64,000 bases of DNA from Blastocladiella emersonii ATCC 22665 (lineage: Eukaryota > Fungi > Blastocladiomycota). Under the pieces are notes generated by a model that saw only the letters and a program-made list of their open reading frames with translations, searched no databases and was not told the origin of the DNA. The DNA is taken from positions 372,001 through 436,000 of the forward strand of contig JANHCV010000002.1 of assembly GCA_025594325.1 (NCBI GenBank), in the 5' to 3' direction. The translations under genes were made by a program, and so were the position numbers. Within the stretch, counting starts at the first letter, position 1; each line of letters starts with the position of its first letter. This document shows positions 1 to 11,005 of the stretch, in pieces.

Positions 1-370
1 TGGGACCGGGATCCTCGCCGCGATATCGCGTCAACCGCTGCTCCTCCCGCCGCCGCTAGCCCGCCTGCACCTGGCCGTCTCGCACCCGCGCCCGCCATCG
101 CCGTCTCCCGGTGCGACCGCGGCCGTTGTTATAGACGATAGACCCACATTGTTGCTGCCCCGCCGCCGCCGCCCGCCCCTCCGCTGCCGGGAGCCCGCGC
201 CCCCTGCCGCTGCTGCCGTCCGACGTCTCGACGCGATCCTCGCTTTCCTCGCCCCCTCGCCGTGGCGCGACCTCCTCGACGCGTCGCTCGGCACGCCTTT
301 CGCTGCCCTCGTCTACTGGGCGCTCTGCCATCTCGGCCCGATCGGATACTACCTCGAGTCAACGACTACG

Positions 371-2474
371 ATGCCGCCGTCCGAACCCTCGCTCGCCAAC
401 GGCGAGGCCGCCGCGCGCCGGCTCTCGGGCACGACTGCCACCGGCGCGGCTGCGCTCCGCAGCAAGGTTCGCACGTCCGAGACGCACCCCCTGAACGGTC
501 CGTGTGCTTTCGATCTGCCGCCCGTCGCGTCGCTCACACCGCAACCGACGTGTAGTCTCATGGCTCTTCACCGACGAGGCCATGGACCACCCGCCGCCGG
601 ACCCGCTGGCCGTAGACCTGGCCGCGTACAACGGCCGGCGTCCCTCCTCCTCTACCCCACCCCTTCCCGCCCCCTCCTCCGCCGACACCCGCCCGCAGCC
701 CAAACGCGCCAACTACACGACGGTGCTGTCCGAGGAGTGGGCCGCCGAACACCCGGGCGTGCCTGCCGTCGACTTGTTCGACGTGATCGCCAAGTCCATC
801 TCGCTGCGCGTGCACCCGTCCAACCCGCCGCCGCCGCGGCCCAGCGAGATCTGCCGCGTGTACCCGCCCGCGCCCGGCGCCGTCGGGAATATCGGTATCT
901 CGTCGTGTCCTGGCAAGAAGGTCCGGCTCGACGAGCAGAGCACGATTGCCGCAGCCGCGGGGACCGGGCGGCAGCCGGTCTGTCGCGAGCTCGGACACGA
1001 TATGCCCCGGCTCGCGGGGCTCGGGATCAAGTTGATTGTTTGGTACGCGGCCGACGGTCAGTAGGGGCGGCGGTGTGGTGGGTGTAGAGGTTAACGGGAT
1101 CGTGTATCACGGCGTGTAGCTGTCTGTACGACGAGGAGATGGCGTCCGTTGGCGCGCCGTGGCCCGAGTACTCGGCCGCCGCGACGGCCGCTGGGATCGA
1201 GGTCGTGCGGTACGACTCGCGCTCGCTTATCACACTCCCGGCCGCAGACTCACACTCGCGCAACGTCTAGGATCCCGATGATCGACGGCAAAGTCCCGCC
1301 GGACCGGCGCGTGCTATCGCGCACGCTCGAGGCGATGCACGCGCGGCTCGAGTCAGGCGCCAACGTGCTGGTGCACTGCCGCGGCGGGATCGGCCGCGCG
1401 GCGCTCGTCGCGTGCTGCTACCTGCTGCGGTACGGGTGGATCCGGACGGACCGGCGCGCGATCGGCCTGCTGCGGATGCGCCGTTCGCCGCGCGCCATCG
1501 AGACGCCGATGCAGGAAGAGTACATCCACGCCTACTTCCGCGACATGCAGTGCCGGCTGCGGTGGGTCACGCAGTGGCGGCGCAACCCGGCGAGCGTCCC
1601 GCCCATCGACGTCCACGGCGAGGGCCGCATCCGCACCGTCGACGACGATATCGACGGGTGGATGTTCCCGCTCCCGCCCGACGCGACCGAGGCCGAGAAG
1701 CGCGGCGCGCGCGAGTCTATGGGGTCTAGCGGGTTCGGCATCGAGTTCATGGTCGGCAGCGCGTCCCTCGCGGAACCGACCACCGCCATGAGCTCGGGCA
1801 TGATGAAGCCCGCGTCGCGCCCGTCGCGCTCGGACCTGATGCAGGACGACCTGGCGCCGCCGCCGACCAAGACGGAGCGATCGCTCAGCCTACCCGTCAA
1901 CAACAAGTCCTCGGTGCGCCGCGCGTCGGACATCACGATCCCGACGACCGTCACGTCCAGCGCCGACTCGGCCGACGACCTCGCGGCGCCGCGCGCGCTG
2001 AGCGGGTCGACCATCGCCGTCGGCAGCGACCTGCTCGGCACCCCGCCGACCTCGTCCAAGTCGCGCCGCCTGTCGTCTCCGCTCGCGCGCTTCGGCAGCT
2101 CGCTGAGCGACCAGGGCACCGGCGGCGGGTCGCGCAACTCGGTCGCGTTTGCGAGCCCCGGCGTCGAGCGCGCTACCACCCCGCGCTCCGTCCGCACCCA
2201 GCAGATCAACCCGGCCAACTTCTGGTACAGCGTCCCGTCGCCGACCTCGTCGCGGTCGTCGCCCAGTAACTCGATGCCTAGCTCGCGCCGCACGTCGACG
2301 TCGCAAAGCGGGACCGGTAGCGGCGCGCATTCGCCCAAGATGCCCGGCAGCCCGGCCATGACCCCGCGCGGGGTCGGCGAGGGCGCCGAGGCAAGGCCCA
2401 TGCCGCGGCCGGCGATCAAGCGGCCTGCGGATAGCGGTGTGGTCGAGCTGAGTAGCGGTGGTGGCGACTCCTGA
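371..2474 (+). CDS. CDKN3-like dual-specificity / protein tyrosine phosphatase with a long Ser-rich C-terminal tail (4 exons)
   Basis: Splicing introns 498-555, 1043-1119 and 1210-1270 (all GT..TAG) gives KVRTSETHPLNVSWLFTD...GISSCPGKKVRL...KLIVCCLYDEEM...IEVVRIPMIDG...VHCRGGIGRAALVACCYL, containing the CX5R catalytic loop. Stop TGA at 2472-2474. The start is uncertain: ATG at 371, but the frame is open from base 2. Confidence 0.85.
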
Positions 2475-2539
2475 CTGACTGAGAATATTACGATTATAGT
2501 AGACGCGCGCGACTAATATATGAGAAACAGCTTTGCATA

Positions 2540-3100
2540 TCACACGGGGTGCAGCGAGAAAAATTTGACGATGCTCGCCCAGAGCCCCATCGATGGCCGA
2601 GTCGTGGCCGTGCTCACCTCGGCCGCGAAGGCGCGGTCGATGTCGCCGTCGCCGGGCGAGCCCGTTGCATGGGCGACAGTCGAGTCGATGGCGCCCGTCG
2701 CCTCCAGGTGGACCTCCTCGTCGACGGCCAGGTTCGGGACCTCGACCTTGGCTGACACGGACGCCGTGGTGTGCGCCTCAGCGACGACAGCGCGGCCGTT
2801 CTTGAGCGCGCGCACCGGCGCGTTGCGCTGCTGCTCGTCGGCCGAGGCGAACGGGTTGACGTTGGACGCAAACTGCGAGCCCTTGGAGGGATCGGCAAAG
2901 GTACCGACGGGCGCGAACATGGGCATCTTGAGGGCTATCCGAGGTATTGAACGGCGGTGAGTGATCGGGTCGTGCAGGTGGGGGAACACCAAAACGTCAG
3001 CGTACCCTAGAGCATGTTGGACGCGACAACGGCCTTTTGCGAGCACATGTTGTCGTACTCGTCGATGAGCGGGATCGACGCGATCCCAAGACCGTGTTCT
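2540..3100 (-). pseudogene. 3' fragment of a metacaspase paralog (end of p10, intron, last exon), 5'-truncated, with a premature stop
   Basis: Colinear with 43441-43620 and with the end of the 41958-44283 gene (PLIDEYDNM..., ALKMPMFAP.GTFAD.SKG.QFASNVNPFASA.EQ, ...FFSLHPV*). Same intron position (2935-3005). A GAG->TAG stop at 3007-3009 replaces the E of NMLE. Homology ends near 3100. Confidence 0.75.
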
Positions 3101-3179
3101 ATCCAAGCTTGATTCTGGGCTCCGCCGGTGAGCTTGAGTTTCCAGCCGCCGTGGTTCCTGTGGCGTCAGACGAGGGAGT

Positions 3180-3200
3180 GTGGCTGAAACACGACGCGTC
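3180..3200 (+). other. Conserved 21-bp element GTGGCTGAAACACGACGCGTC, copy 1
   Basis: Exact match to 5744-5764; both lie about 112-116 bp beyond the stop of an F-box/LRR paralog. A 16/17 match lies on the opposite strand at 40694-40710. Confidence 0.6.
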
Positions 3201-3311
3201 GTTCATGTCATCCGCCCGCCGCAGTTCACTCGCAGCGCGGGACCAGGTTGAGGAGAAATTCTCTTTGTATAACAAAAACCAATATTAACGCAAAAAAAAG
3301 AACGATTGAGC

Positions 3312-5492
3312 TCAAGGATACAGAGACTTGATGGCCGGGACAAGGTGCCGCGGCACGGCACGCATCCCGCCCACGACTTGGAACTGCTCGACGGCCGAGT
3401 TCGTACCACGCAACCGGATGATGGCGCCGATAAGAGCTCGAACAGCAGCCACTTCTTCCGCGGCTGGGACCAAGTGCTCGCGATACTGGTCCTCGAGGCA
3501 AAGCTTCAAATCAACGCAAAGCAGTCCGGATGCCGCGTTCGAGTTCTTGCGAACCACATCGAGCAGCGTCTTCCAGACCTGCGGGTGGGCGTGGCCGACG
3601 TGCCATAAGAGCACACAAACGCGGCACAACGTCGACATGGAGGACCGCCTCGCTGGCGTAAGCAATGCCATGCTGATGCTGTAGCGGCCCCAAACGTCAA
3701 ACTGGCGCAGGTTGAGAAGTGTCGTGATCCATTCGATCAGCTTCGGAGACACACTGCCCGGCTGCGTGGATCGTGGGAAGCGCAACTCGAGGCGTTGCAG
3801 CTGGTCAAAGTTGACAAGCATGGGCGGGCTCACTGCGAGAATTTGCGGGATGGCACGGATCACCAGCGTGGAGAGGATTGGGACCTCGAATCGACCGAAC
3901 TGCTTGGGGCTGATATCGAGCAGCTTCAGGTTGGCAAAAGACGCTCCGTCGAGCTTGACAGTTCCGCTGTTGTAGTCACCGTCGCCAACTCGGAGCTCCG
4001 AAAGTTGAGCGAGCGCGGGGGAGAGCATGAGATCGGCTGGCGGTTTTGGTGCACTCGATAATCTCCCCGTGTCGCGGAGAAGCTCGAGTTTTTGAAGCCG
4101 CGGCGCGCGAACATTGAGTTTCGCACTTCCAAAAAGAGCGTGGCACACGGGAATGGACACGGTCAGTGATTCGACATGGAGAATGCCCCGGCCAGCAGGA
4201 AATCGAGCAGCGGACTCGTCCATCTCAGCGGCAGCGAGACAAACGCGCTTGAGACTCGAGACGTGAAAGAGCGTGATGAAGTGGTCTTGACTCAGCGGCA
4301 GCTCCGAGCTATCAACCCACTCGACCAATGCTGGAAAGCACCATGCTTCGAAAAGACTTGAACCAGACTTTAAGGAATCTGGGACCGAGCTCCGTGCTCC
4401 TCCAGTGTATCGAGTGCGAATTGAGCGGAGCCGAGGAAGCATGTTGCTGCAATGACGCATCAAGTCGGGCGACGCATTCTGCAGCTCAAGAGTCTCGAGC
4501 GATGGCGGCAGCGAGGAGGCGAAAGTAGACGGAAGGCCGCTCGCCGTGCCGAGCGCGTCCCTGCACTGCTCGAAGCGGAAGTGCTGGAGGTGATCAAGCA
4601 GTTTGAGCGACTGCGCACCCTCCGTTGTGATCGAGACCGAGTCCAGGACGAGCGAGATGCACAACGGCGCATCAGGAAACGACGTGACACAAGTTTTACC
4701 ATGATATCTGGTGGAGCGGTAGTAAAGCGATCCCGGCGCCTTGATAACGCGAGGCCTGTTAACGATGGAGAGCCGGTGCAGCTTGGGCAAGCAGAGCGCG
4801 CTCAAATCGAGCATCAGGTCGCGTACAGTCGTCCGGTTATTGTTCTCGATGACCAACGTCTGCAGGGCGGCCCGCCAGGAAGCGTCGAATGCGGTTGCGA
4901 GCCCGTGATTAGTGTGCGCGTTCGGATCGAGAGCGAGATGCCGCAGGGCGGGCGTAAGGCGCAAAATCCGAGTCAAAAGCTGGTCGTTTGCGTCGGCATC
5001 AACCACGCCCGTCACAGCATTGCCATCGTTGCGACTGAGGGAGGGAATTCCACGAAGTTCGAGCGAGCGAATGAGCTCCATCGGGAAGGGAACGGTCAAA
5101 ATTGGACCCTGGAGCTGTGCGCCCGCTGGTAAAACACGATGAATCGTCCCGTCCAGACAACAGGCGCGGTGGCCCGAGATGAAAGCCCATGGACTGCCGC
5201 CGGGTGCTGGCTCGAGCGGGGGAAAGTCGTCGCTTCCGCCAAGCTTGATGCTCGTCGGGGATGCCACGTTGAGGACCGAGAAAAGCTCGGGCAGAACGCC
5301 CAGGTACAACGTGCGGCAGGTTCGACCAATTCGGAAGAGCTCCCGGGCCGGCGTGCGAGTGTCAAAAGCGTCGTCGCTGTGACCGCCTCGCTGCTCGACA
5401 CGCGCGAGGATGGCGGCGATTTTCTCGAGAACCTCAAATGGGAGGTCCGAAAGCCTAGTGCGGCGAGTTACATTTGAATCCATTGATAGCAT
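3312..5492 (-). CDS. F-box-like / leucine-rich-repeat protein, family copy 1 (intact, about 726 aa, intronless)
   Basis: N-terminal RLSDLPFEVLEKIAAIL resembles the F-box consensus. It is followed by the family motif SPWAFISGHRACCLDGTIHRV and many LxxLxL repeats (LRHLAL, LHRLSI, LETLEL, LQKLEL, LKLLDI, LRQFDV). ATG at 5492; the track's start at 5558 is a non-ATG codon. Confidence 0.75.
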   Translation of the reverse strand: MLSMDSNVTRRTRLSDLPFEVLEKIAAILARVEQRGGHSDDAFDTRTPARELFRIGRTCRTLYLGVLPELFSVLNVASPTSIKLGGSDDFPPLEPAPGGSPWAFISGHRACCLDGTIHRVLPAGAQLQGPILTVPFPMELIRSLELRGIPSLSRNDGNAVTGVVDADANDQLLTRILRLTPALRHLALDPNAHTNHGLATAFDASWRAALQTLVIENNNRTTVRDLMLDLSALCLPKLHRLSIVNRPRVIKAPGSLYYRSTRYHGKTCVTSFPDAPLCISLVLDSVSITTEGAQSLKLLDHLQHFRFEQCRDALGTASGLPSTFASSLPPSLETLELQNASPDLMRHCSNMLPRLRSIRTRYTGGARSSVPDSLKSGSSLFEAWCFPALVEWVDSSELPLSQDHFITLFHVSSLKRVCLAAAEMDESAARFPAGRGILHVESLTVSIPVCHALFGSAKLNVRAPRLQKLELLRDTGRLSSAPKPPADLMLSPALAQLSELRVGDGDYNSGTVKLDGASFANLKLLDISPKQFGRFEVPILSTLVIRAIPQILAVSPPMLVNFDQLQRLELRFPRSTQPGSVSPKLIEWITTLLNLRQFDVWGRYSISMALLTPARRSSMSTLCRVCVLLWHVGHAHPQVWKTLLDVVRKNSNAASGLLCVDLKLCLEDQYREHLVPAAEEVAAVRALIGAIIRLRGTNSAVEQFQVVGGMRAVPRHLVPAIKSLYP

Positions 5493-5576
5493 GATGCATT
5501 CGTCCTCATACAACACACGAGGCAAGTCGGGCGCGTTTTCAGGCCTGGGTCGAAGCAAGACACTGCGCGGACACAG

Positions 5577-5597
5577 TCACATGATAGTTTGACGCGT
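5577..5597 (-). promoter_or_regulatory. Composite upstream motif (sense ACGCGTC-N4-TATCATGTGA) of F-box/LRR copy 1
   Basis: Plus strand reads TCACATGATA-GTTT-GACGCGT, 85 bp from the ATG at 5492. Same motif, spacing and position at three other paralogs. Confidence 0.65.
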
Positions 5598-5743
5598 CTC
5601 GCAAGCCGACCAGCGCGCGAGACAGTTGCACCCTCAATGATGAATGGGGCGATAGTCGGGCAAACTCGTTCAAACAAACTTCCGTTTATGCTCCAGAACC
5701 AGTGGTTCCCCCTATCACGTTGACGGGTCATCGGATCATGATC

Positions 5744-5764
5744 GTGGCTGAAACACGACGCGTC
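5744..5764 (+). other. Conserved 21-bp element GTGGCTGAAACACGACGCGTC, copy 2
   Basis: Exact match to 3180-3200 within otherwise diverged 3' flanks. Confidence 0.6.
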
Positions 5765-5879
5765 TCTCACGTCGCCTGATCGTCACAATCCACTCGTCGC
5801 GCGATATCAGGCTAAGAAAGTGGTTTGTGTATTGTAAAGCACAAGGGCCCAAGCAACGAATCACGAAATCACGCATAAT

Positions 5880-8021
5880 TCATGGGTGCAGGGAATAGAC
5901 GGTCGAGAGGCGATGTAGCGGCACAGAACACCTTCAACTCACGAATCGGAACTGCTCGACTTCCGGAGTCTCCCTGCACGACACGGCGATAGCGACGGCG
6001 AGATCTCGAACAGCAGAAAACTCGTCAGCGGATGGCGCTACACCCACGCCATGCGGCCCTTCGAATCGACGATGCAGTTCAACGCAGACGGGGACAGGTG
6101 ACGCGCTTGGATGCTTCTGAATCAGCTCGAGCAAGGCTTTCCAGACCTGCGGGCGAGAGTGACCAATGTGCCACGAGATCGCGCACGTATGGCTCGGGAC
6201 GTAACTCGGTGGCTGGGTCGTAACGGCAAGTCTTGCTAAGCTGAACACGTAGTCACCGTGCATATGAAGCTGGCGCAGGTTCGGTAGCGCAGTGAGCCAT
6301 GCGATCATATCCGGATGCACCGAGGACGGAGAACTCGACCGCGCAAAGTGAACGTCAATAGTCTGCAAGCGGTTCAATAGCCCAAGCTGGAGCGGATGCA
6401 GTTCAGCCGAGGAACCAACGCGGAGCACAAGCTTGCAAACGTTTGGAACGTTGATGTTCCCCAGGTGCGGCAGGCCAACGTCAAGCAGCAACAATCTTGG
6501 GAACAAAGCATTGGTGAGCATGACGTCGGTGTTATTGTTGACGCGTTCACCGATTCGGAGCTCCGTCAGTTGTCGCGCAAACATGCGTGCAAAGATTAGA
6601 TCAGCGGAAAGGGGCGCGATATCAAGGTAGCCTGAATACTCGGGAACCTCGAGTTTCTGTAGTTGCGGAGCGACAAGCACGGGACTGCGCCGGCCAAGCA
6701 GACACCGAACCACTGCAGGCGACGCGGATAGCTCAACGAGGCTCGGAAGACGGACGTAGTAGGCAAAATAAGCGGCGGATTCAGCAACTCGCGGCGTGCG
6801 AAAGCGGACGCGCTGAAGCGTTTTAAGTTGCCGGAGAGCCATCAAATGGTCTCACGAGAAATCCGCAATTGAAGTGTCGGTCCACTCGACCAGGTTCGGT
6901 AGTTGCCAACGATCAAACAGGCTGCCGCCGGTTTCAAAAAGCGCGAGGTTGTAGCTCGAATTGTCGTCCAGGAAGTAGGTTGAAAGTGAACGAAGCCGAG
7001 GCAGGTCCGCGACAAGTGCCATGATTGGTGGAATAGAAAGCAATTCCAGCGTCTCAAGCGATCGCGGGAGCCAGGCAGCTATTGCGACCAGGATGAACCC
7101 ATATTCGCTGGCCAGGTCCATTGAAAACGTGTAGCTCAAGTGCCGGAGTTGGTCCATGGTCGCGAGCGATTGAGTACACTTGGCTCCGAGCGGAACCGAG
7201 TCCAAGACAAGCGAGGCGCACTTGGGCATCACGGGAAACGCCTCCACCAGATTGCTTGCGGAGCGAATGACGGAAAATTGGCGCAAGTTGGGCATGTAGA
7301 GGACGCTTAAATCGAGCGTGAATGCCCAAGGAGTGGTCTGGCCTTTGTCATTGCAGTGAAGGATCAGAGTTTGAAGCGAGGAGCAGTGGAGCGCATGTTC
7401 GAGCCCGCCATTGATTAATAAAGTCGGGTCAAGTGCGAGATGCCGCAACGCGGGCGTGCGGGACAACAGCCGAATTATAGGGTGAGCAGACAGTTCGCCG
7501 TGAAAGCCTCCCGGAAGCGCATCGCCGTTACAGTGAGCAAGCGAGGAAATCCCGCGAAGATCTAGAGTTCGGATGTACTGCATAGGAAACAGCAAGTTTG
7601 CGAGGAAGCGACCGTGCCGGTTGTCCCCCGCGGCAAAGACTCGATGAATTACCCCGCCGAGACAACATGCCAGGTGGCCTGAGCGAAAAGCCCAAGGAGC
7701 TCTCGTCCATGAGCTCACGTGCGGAAGGGCACCGCGCGATGCCGATTTCCGCTGGAGAGCGTAGTCGCCGGAATCCCGGATCGCCAGCTTGAGAACAGAG
7801 AAGAGAATCGGCGTCAAACTGGCACGCAGGGCGCGACAGGTCAGTCCGAGCTGGAAGACTTGGCCGACGGACGCCCAGGCATCGAAGCTGCTGCGGTGGC
7901 GGTCTCCCAGACTCCGCCGCATTCCGGGTTGGACCAGGATCGCGGCGATTTCCTCGAGAACATCACAAGGGAGGTCCTGGAGCCCAGTGCGGCGATTTTC
8001 ATGCGAATCCATCAGTGACAT
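5880..8021 (-). pseudogene. F-box-like/LRR family copy 2, interrupted by two in-frame TGA codons
   Basis: ORFs 6852-8021 and 5934-6845 are in the same frame, separated only by TGA at 6852-6854 (FS*DHLM vs LSQDHFI in copy 1). A second TGA at 5934-5936 is followed by RCSVPLHRLSTVYSLHP*, homologous to copy 1 MRAVPRHLVPAIKSLYP*. Confidence 0.72.
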
Positions 8022-8102
8022 GGTTTGGTTAACGGTGTGCGCGACGAGAGCCGCAAACTTGACGCGCGCGTGGGAGCAGCGCGCGACGCCACAGGTCCAA
8101 CG

Positions 8103-8123
8103 TCACATGATATCTCGACGCGT
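8103..8123 (-). promoter_or_regulatory. Composite upstream motif of F-box/LRR copy 2
   Basis: TCACATGATA-TCTC-GACGCGT, 82 bp from the ATG at 8021. Confidence 0.65.
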
Positions 8124-8382
8124 GCCCTTTGCAAGACGCCTGCGTGCGAGCCGCGTCTGTCTCGCATCTTTGCGTGCGACTTGCTCCTCGGTCCAATCGC
8201 ACAAGAGCGGGTTGCACAGTCGAAGTTGCAAGGGTGCATTGCTCGCTCACGCCAGCTCCCTTCGTTCCACTTTTGGTGAGGGAAAGACGCCAGATCCTCC
8301 ACGAGGGCATCGGACGACATTGGTCGTGCAAGGGAGCGATAGAAGAGGGGAAAATCTGTACATTAAAGAGATGTGTGTAAAT

Positions 8383-9459
8383 CTAGTGGTGGAACGCGGC
8401 CATAAAGTCGGGCACCTCGTCAAGCGACACGCCGTCGTGCAGCGCGTCGACGAGCGAGAGGTGGTGGTCGACTGAGCTCGACAGGTCGGCGACGGCGTCG
8501 TTGAGGGGTTCGAGCTCGCCCTCAATCTGGTTATCGAGCTCCTCCTCGACCGTGTCGTGCAGGTCGTGGACCGCGGCCTCGAGCTCCTCGTTCAGCTCGA
8601 GCTCGGCCTCCGTCTCGGCGACTGCGGCAGCCTCGGCTTGTGCGGAGCCAGCGCTGAACAGGCCGTTGCCGAGCGTGAACTCGCGCGTCACGGCCGAGTC
8701 GTCGGCCACGCTGCCGGATGGCGCGAACGCGGGCTCGTACAGGGCTACACACGGGCGTATGAGAGTGAGACAGGCGGTCCGTCGGATGAAACCGAGACAG
8801 CGAGCGGGCGTACCCTCGGGGCGGTTGGTCGACACGGTCGGGATCTGTGCGCGGCCGTCGGCCGTGTTGATGAGCTCGACGGCGTCGATCCACGCGATGC
8901 CCGGGTTCTCCTGGAGCACCTCGTGCAGTGCCGCCGTAAAGGCGCCGCCGGACGAGTTGCCCATGGAGACCTGCGCGTCCTGGGCGGCCGAGATGGAGAC
9001 GACGGTGCCGGCAATGTCGTCGGTCGACCCCATATCGAAGTTGAGCATGGTCTCCGAGTGGCAGCAGTCGAAGCCCATGGTCATGGTGGCGCCCTCGGGC
9101 AGGCCCGACAGGATCTCGCGCAGCTCGTAGTCGTAGACGGGTCCGTCCGAGGCGACGAGGAACTCGCTGAGCCCGTCGGCCTCGCCGGCGTTCGGGTTGG
9201 CCTTCTGGCCGCCGTGGCCGGCGTACGAGAAGAGTAGCGTGTCGCCCGGTTGCGCCTGCGCGACCATGTCGCGGAGCCCGGCGAGGATCTGCTCGCGCGT
9301 GACGGGCGCGTCCGTGTCGGTGACGGTCTGCACGTTCTCGATGCCCATGCCGTGCGCGATGTCCGACATGGTGCGCGCGTCAATGTCGCAGCCCGGGATC
9401 GGCGTGGCGCCGAGACCGTCCTTGTAGGTCATTCCGAGGCAGAGCGCGGCGTCTGGCAT
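8383..9459 (-). CDS. Metacaspase (peptidase C14) with no N-terminal prodomain and an acidic C-terminal extension
   Basis: Motifs ALCLGMTY, PGCDIDA, catalytic His in LFSYAGHG, catalytic Cys in GFDCCHS, and p10 ISAAQDAQVSMG...GGAFTAAL. A 69-nt in-frame intron at 8745-8813 (GTACGC..GTGTAG) matches the position of intron 2 in the 42-44 kb paralog. Confidence 0.9.
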   Translation of the reverse strand: MPDAALCLGMTYKDGLGATPIPGCDIDARTMSDIAHGMGIENVQTVTDTDAPVTREQILAGLRDMVAQAQPGDTLLFSYAGHGGQKANPNAGEADGLSEFLVASDGPVYDYELREILSGLPEGATMTMGFDCCHSETMLNFDMGSTDDIAGTVVSISAAQDAQVSMGNSSGGAFTAALHEVLQENPGIAWIDAVELINTADGRAQIPTVSTNRPEGTPARCLGFIRRTACLTLIRPCVALYEPAFAPSGSVADDSAVTREFTLGNGLFSAGSAQAEAAAVAETEAELELNEELEAAVHDLHDTVEEELDNQIEGELEPLNDAVADLSSSVDHHLSLVDALHDGVSLDEVPDFMAAFHH

Positions 9460-9939
9460 AGTTGAGTCGAACGAGGGGGGGTTTTCAGAGCAGCTTAGGC
9501 CGAGTGGGGGGAATCGAGCAGGCGGGGGGAGCGGCGACTACTTGTGCCCCCGCGGGGCGCGGTAGCTTCGCGGACGCGGACGCGGTTGGTGCGGCGACCA
9601 CGGGGGCGCAGCCGCAGCGACCGTCGCGACGGCGTGCGCGCTGCGGTGCGGGGCGCTCACGAAACACTGCAGCGACAGGGCGAGCTTGGTCATGACAGTA
9701 AACTATTATTCGACTTCCATGAGGGTGAAGGTGCTTCCCCGAAGCGATCTTAGCGAGCGGAGAAGCAACGAAGTCGAGGAGCGAGGCGAGACGAGGCGAG
9801 GCGGAGCGAAAAGGGAGACAAGTTCCTGGTCAGCTGACCGCCAAAAATCTGTTGAATCAAACGTTCCCCGCCGCCTCGCGGGCCCGCGCCCTTTCGACCC
9901 TTTCCCGAAGCCCATCGTCGGCCGCGGAGACGAGACTCT

Positions 9940-10647
9940 ATGCAATCGACGCTTACCATGCACGCTCTCCGCCTCGCCGCCCGCAGGGTCGTTGCTGCGC
10001 CGACGTCGGCGATCCCGCGCACGCTCGCCGGCCGCGCTGCCGCCATGTCCACGGACGCTGCTGCTGCTGCCGCGCCCGCTGCCCCGGCTGCCGCCGCTAC
10101 GGAGACGCCCGCGGCGCCCGCGGCCTCGCCGATTGCTGGCACTGGCTACGGCGCCTTCTCGACGCCGGCCACGCAAACCCTGTTCGACACTCGGTCGACT
10201 CGGAGCAGCTACCGGCCGCAGGGCCAGCAGGGTGAACTCTACGGCGGCGACGCTGCGCTCAGCTACGCGACTGGGGGTTTGGAGCAGCCCAAGCCGAGCG
10301 TCATGCACGTCAAGGCGACCTTCAACAACACGCTGGTGACCATCACGAACCCGAACGGCGACGCGCTGGCGTCGAGCAGCGGCGGCCAGGCCGGGTTCAA
10401 GAAGGCCAACCGCGCCGGGTACGAGCCCGCGTACCAGGCGACCAAGCTCGCCCTCGAGAAGCTCGAGGCCAAGCTCGGCGACTCGGCCAAGATCAACGGC
10501 CTGCACGTCAAGTTCTCGGGTTTCGGGCCCGGCCGCGACGCCGCCTGGAAGTGCATCGGCGCCCTCGGCTGGCCCGTCAACGTGGTCGAGGACGTGACCC
10601 CGATCGCCCACGGCGGGTGCCGCCCGCGCAAGGCCCGCCGTCTCTAG
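9940..10647 (+). CDS. MRPS11: Mitochondrial small-subunit ribosomal protein uS11m
   Basis: HVKATFNNTLVTIT...SSGGQAGFKKANR...GFGPGRDAA...VEDVTPIAHGGCRPRKARRL is the S11 signature. Arg/Ala-rich N-terminus resembles a mitochondrial presequence. The start could be 9958. Confidence 0.92.
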   Translation: MQSTLTMHALRLAARRVVAAPTSAIPRTLAGRAAAMSTDAAAAAAPAAPAAAATETPAAPAASPIAGTGYGAFSTPATQTLFDTRSTRSSYRPQGQQGELYGGDAALSYATGGLEQPKPSVMHVKATFNNTLVTITNPNGDALASSSGGQAGFKKANRAGYEPAYQATKLALEKLEAKLGDSAKINGLHVKFSGFGPGRDAAWKCIGALGWPVNVVEDVTPIAHGGCRPRKARRL

Positions 10648-11005
10648 GCCCCTCTCCGTCTTGATCTCTCCCCCACCATTTGTGTCTCTGTATCTGCGTT
10701 CTATACTAGTATTCTGCCCCATCCACTCGCTCTCTGGGCATCGCGAGGCTATCCGCATGGCGCCCGGTCAGCCTCTCTCAGGTGACTCGCGACGCAGCCC
10801 GTCCGGGCTCTGCGCCACCCCGCTCGGCAACCCCACCTCACCTCACCTCACCAACACCATCAGTCAGCGTCAGCATAGAGAAGGCCGCGGAACCTTCGCG
10901 CCCGTCCGACGGCTCGCACACTCACGAAGCAAACGAACGCATCGACTACAAATACCGCCGCGGACCCCCTCGCCCTCACTTCCGTCCCCCTTCTCTCCAA
11001 CCACG

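Noticed and set aside
5934-6854. In-frame TGA codons read as selenocysteine or as an alternative genetic code
   Set aside because: The aligned paralog residues are Gln/Met and Gly, not Cys or Trp; TGA terminates normal genes here (e.g. 2472-2474); other pseudogenes carry TAG stops.
3312-8021. RIP-like or CpG-deamination mutagenesis as the cause of pseudogenisation
   Set aside because: CpG remains abundant by eye in the duplicated genes; only a few stops are present, and at least two are G->T changes (GAG->TAG, probably GGA->TGA). A dinucleotide index would be needed to reopen this.
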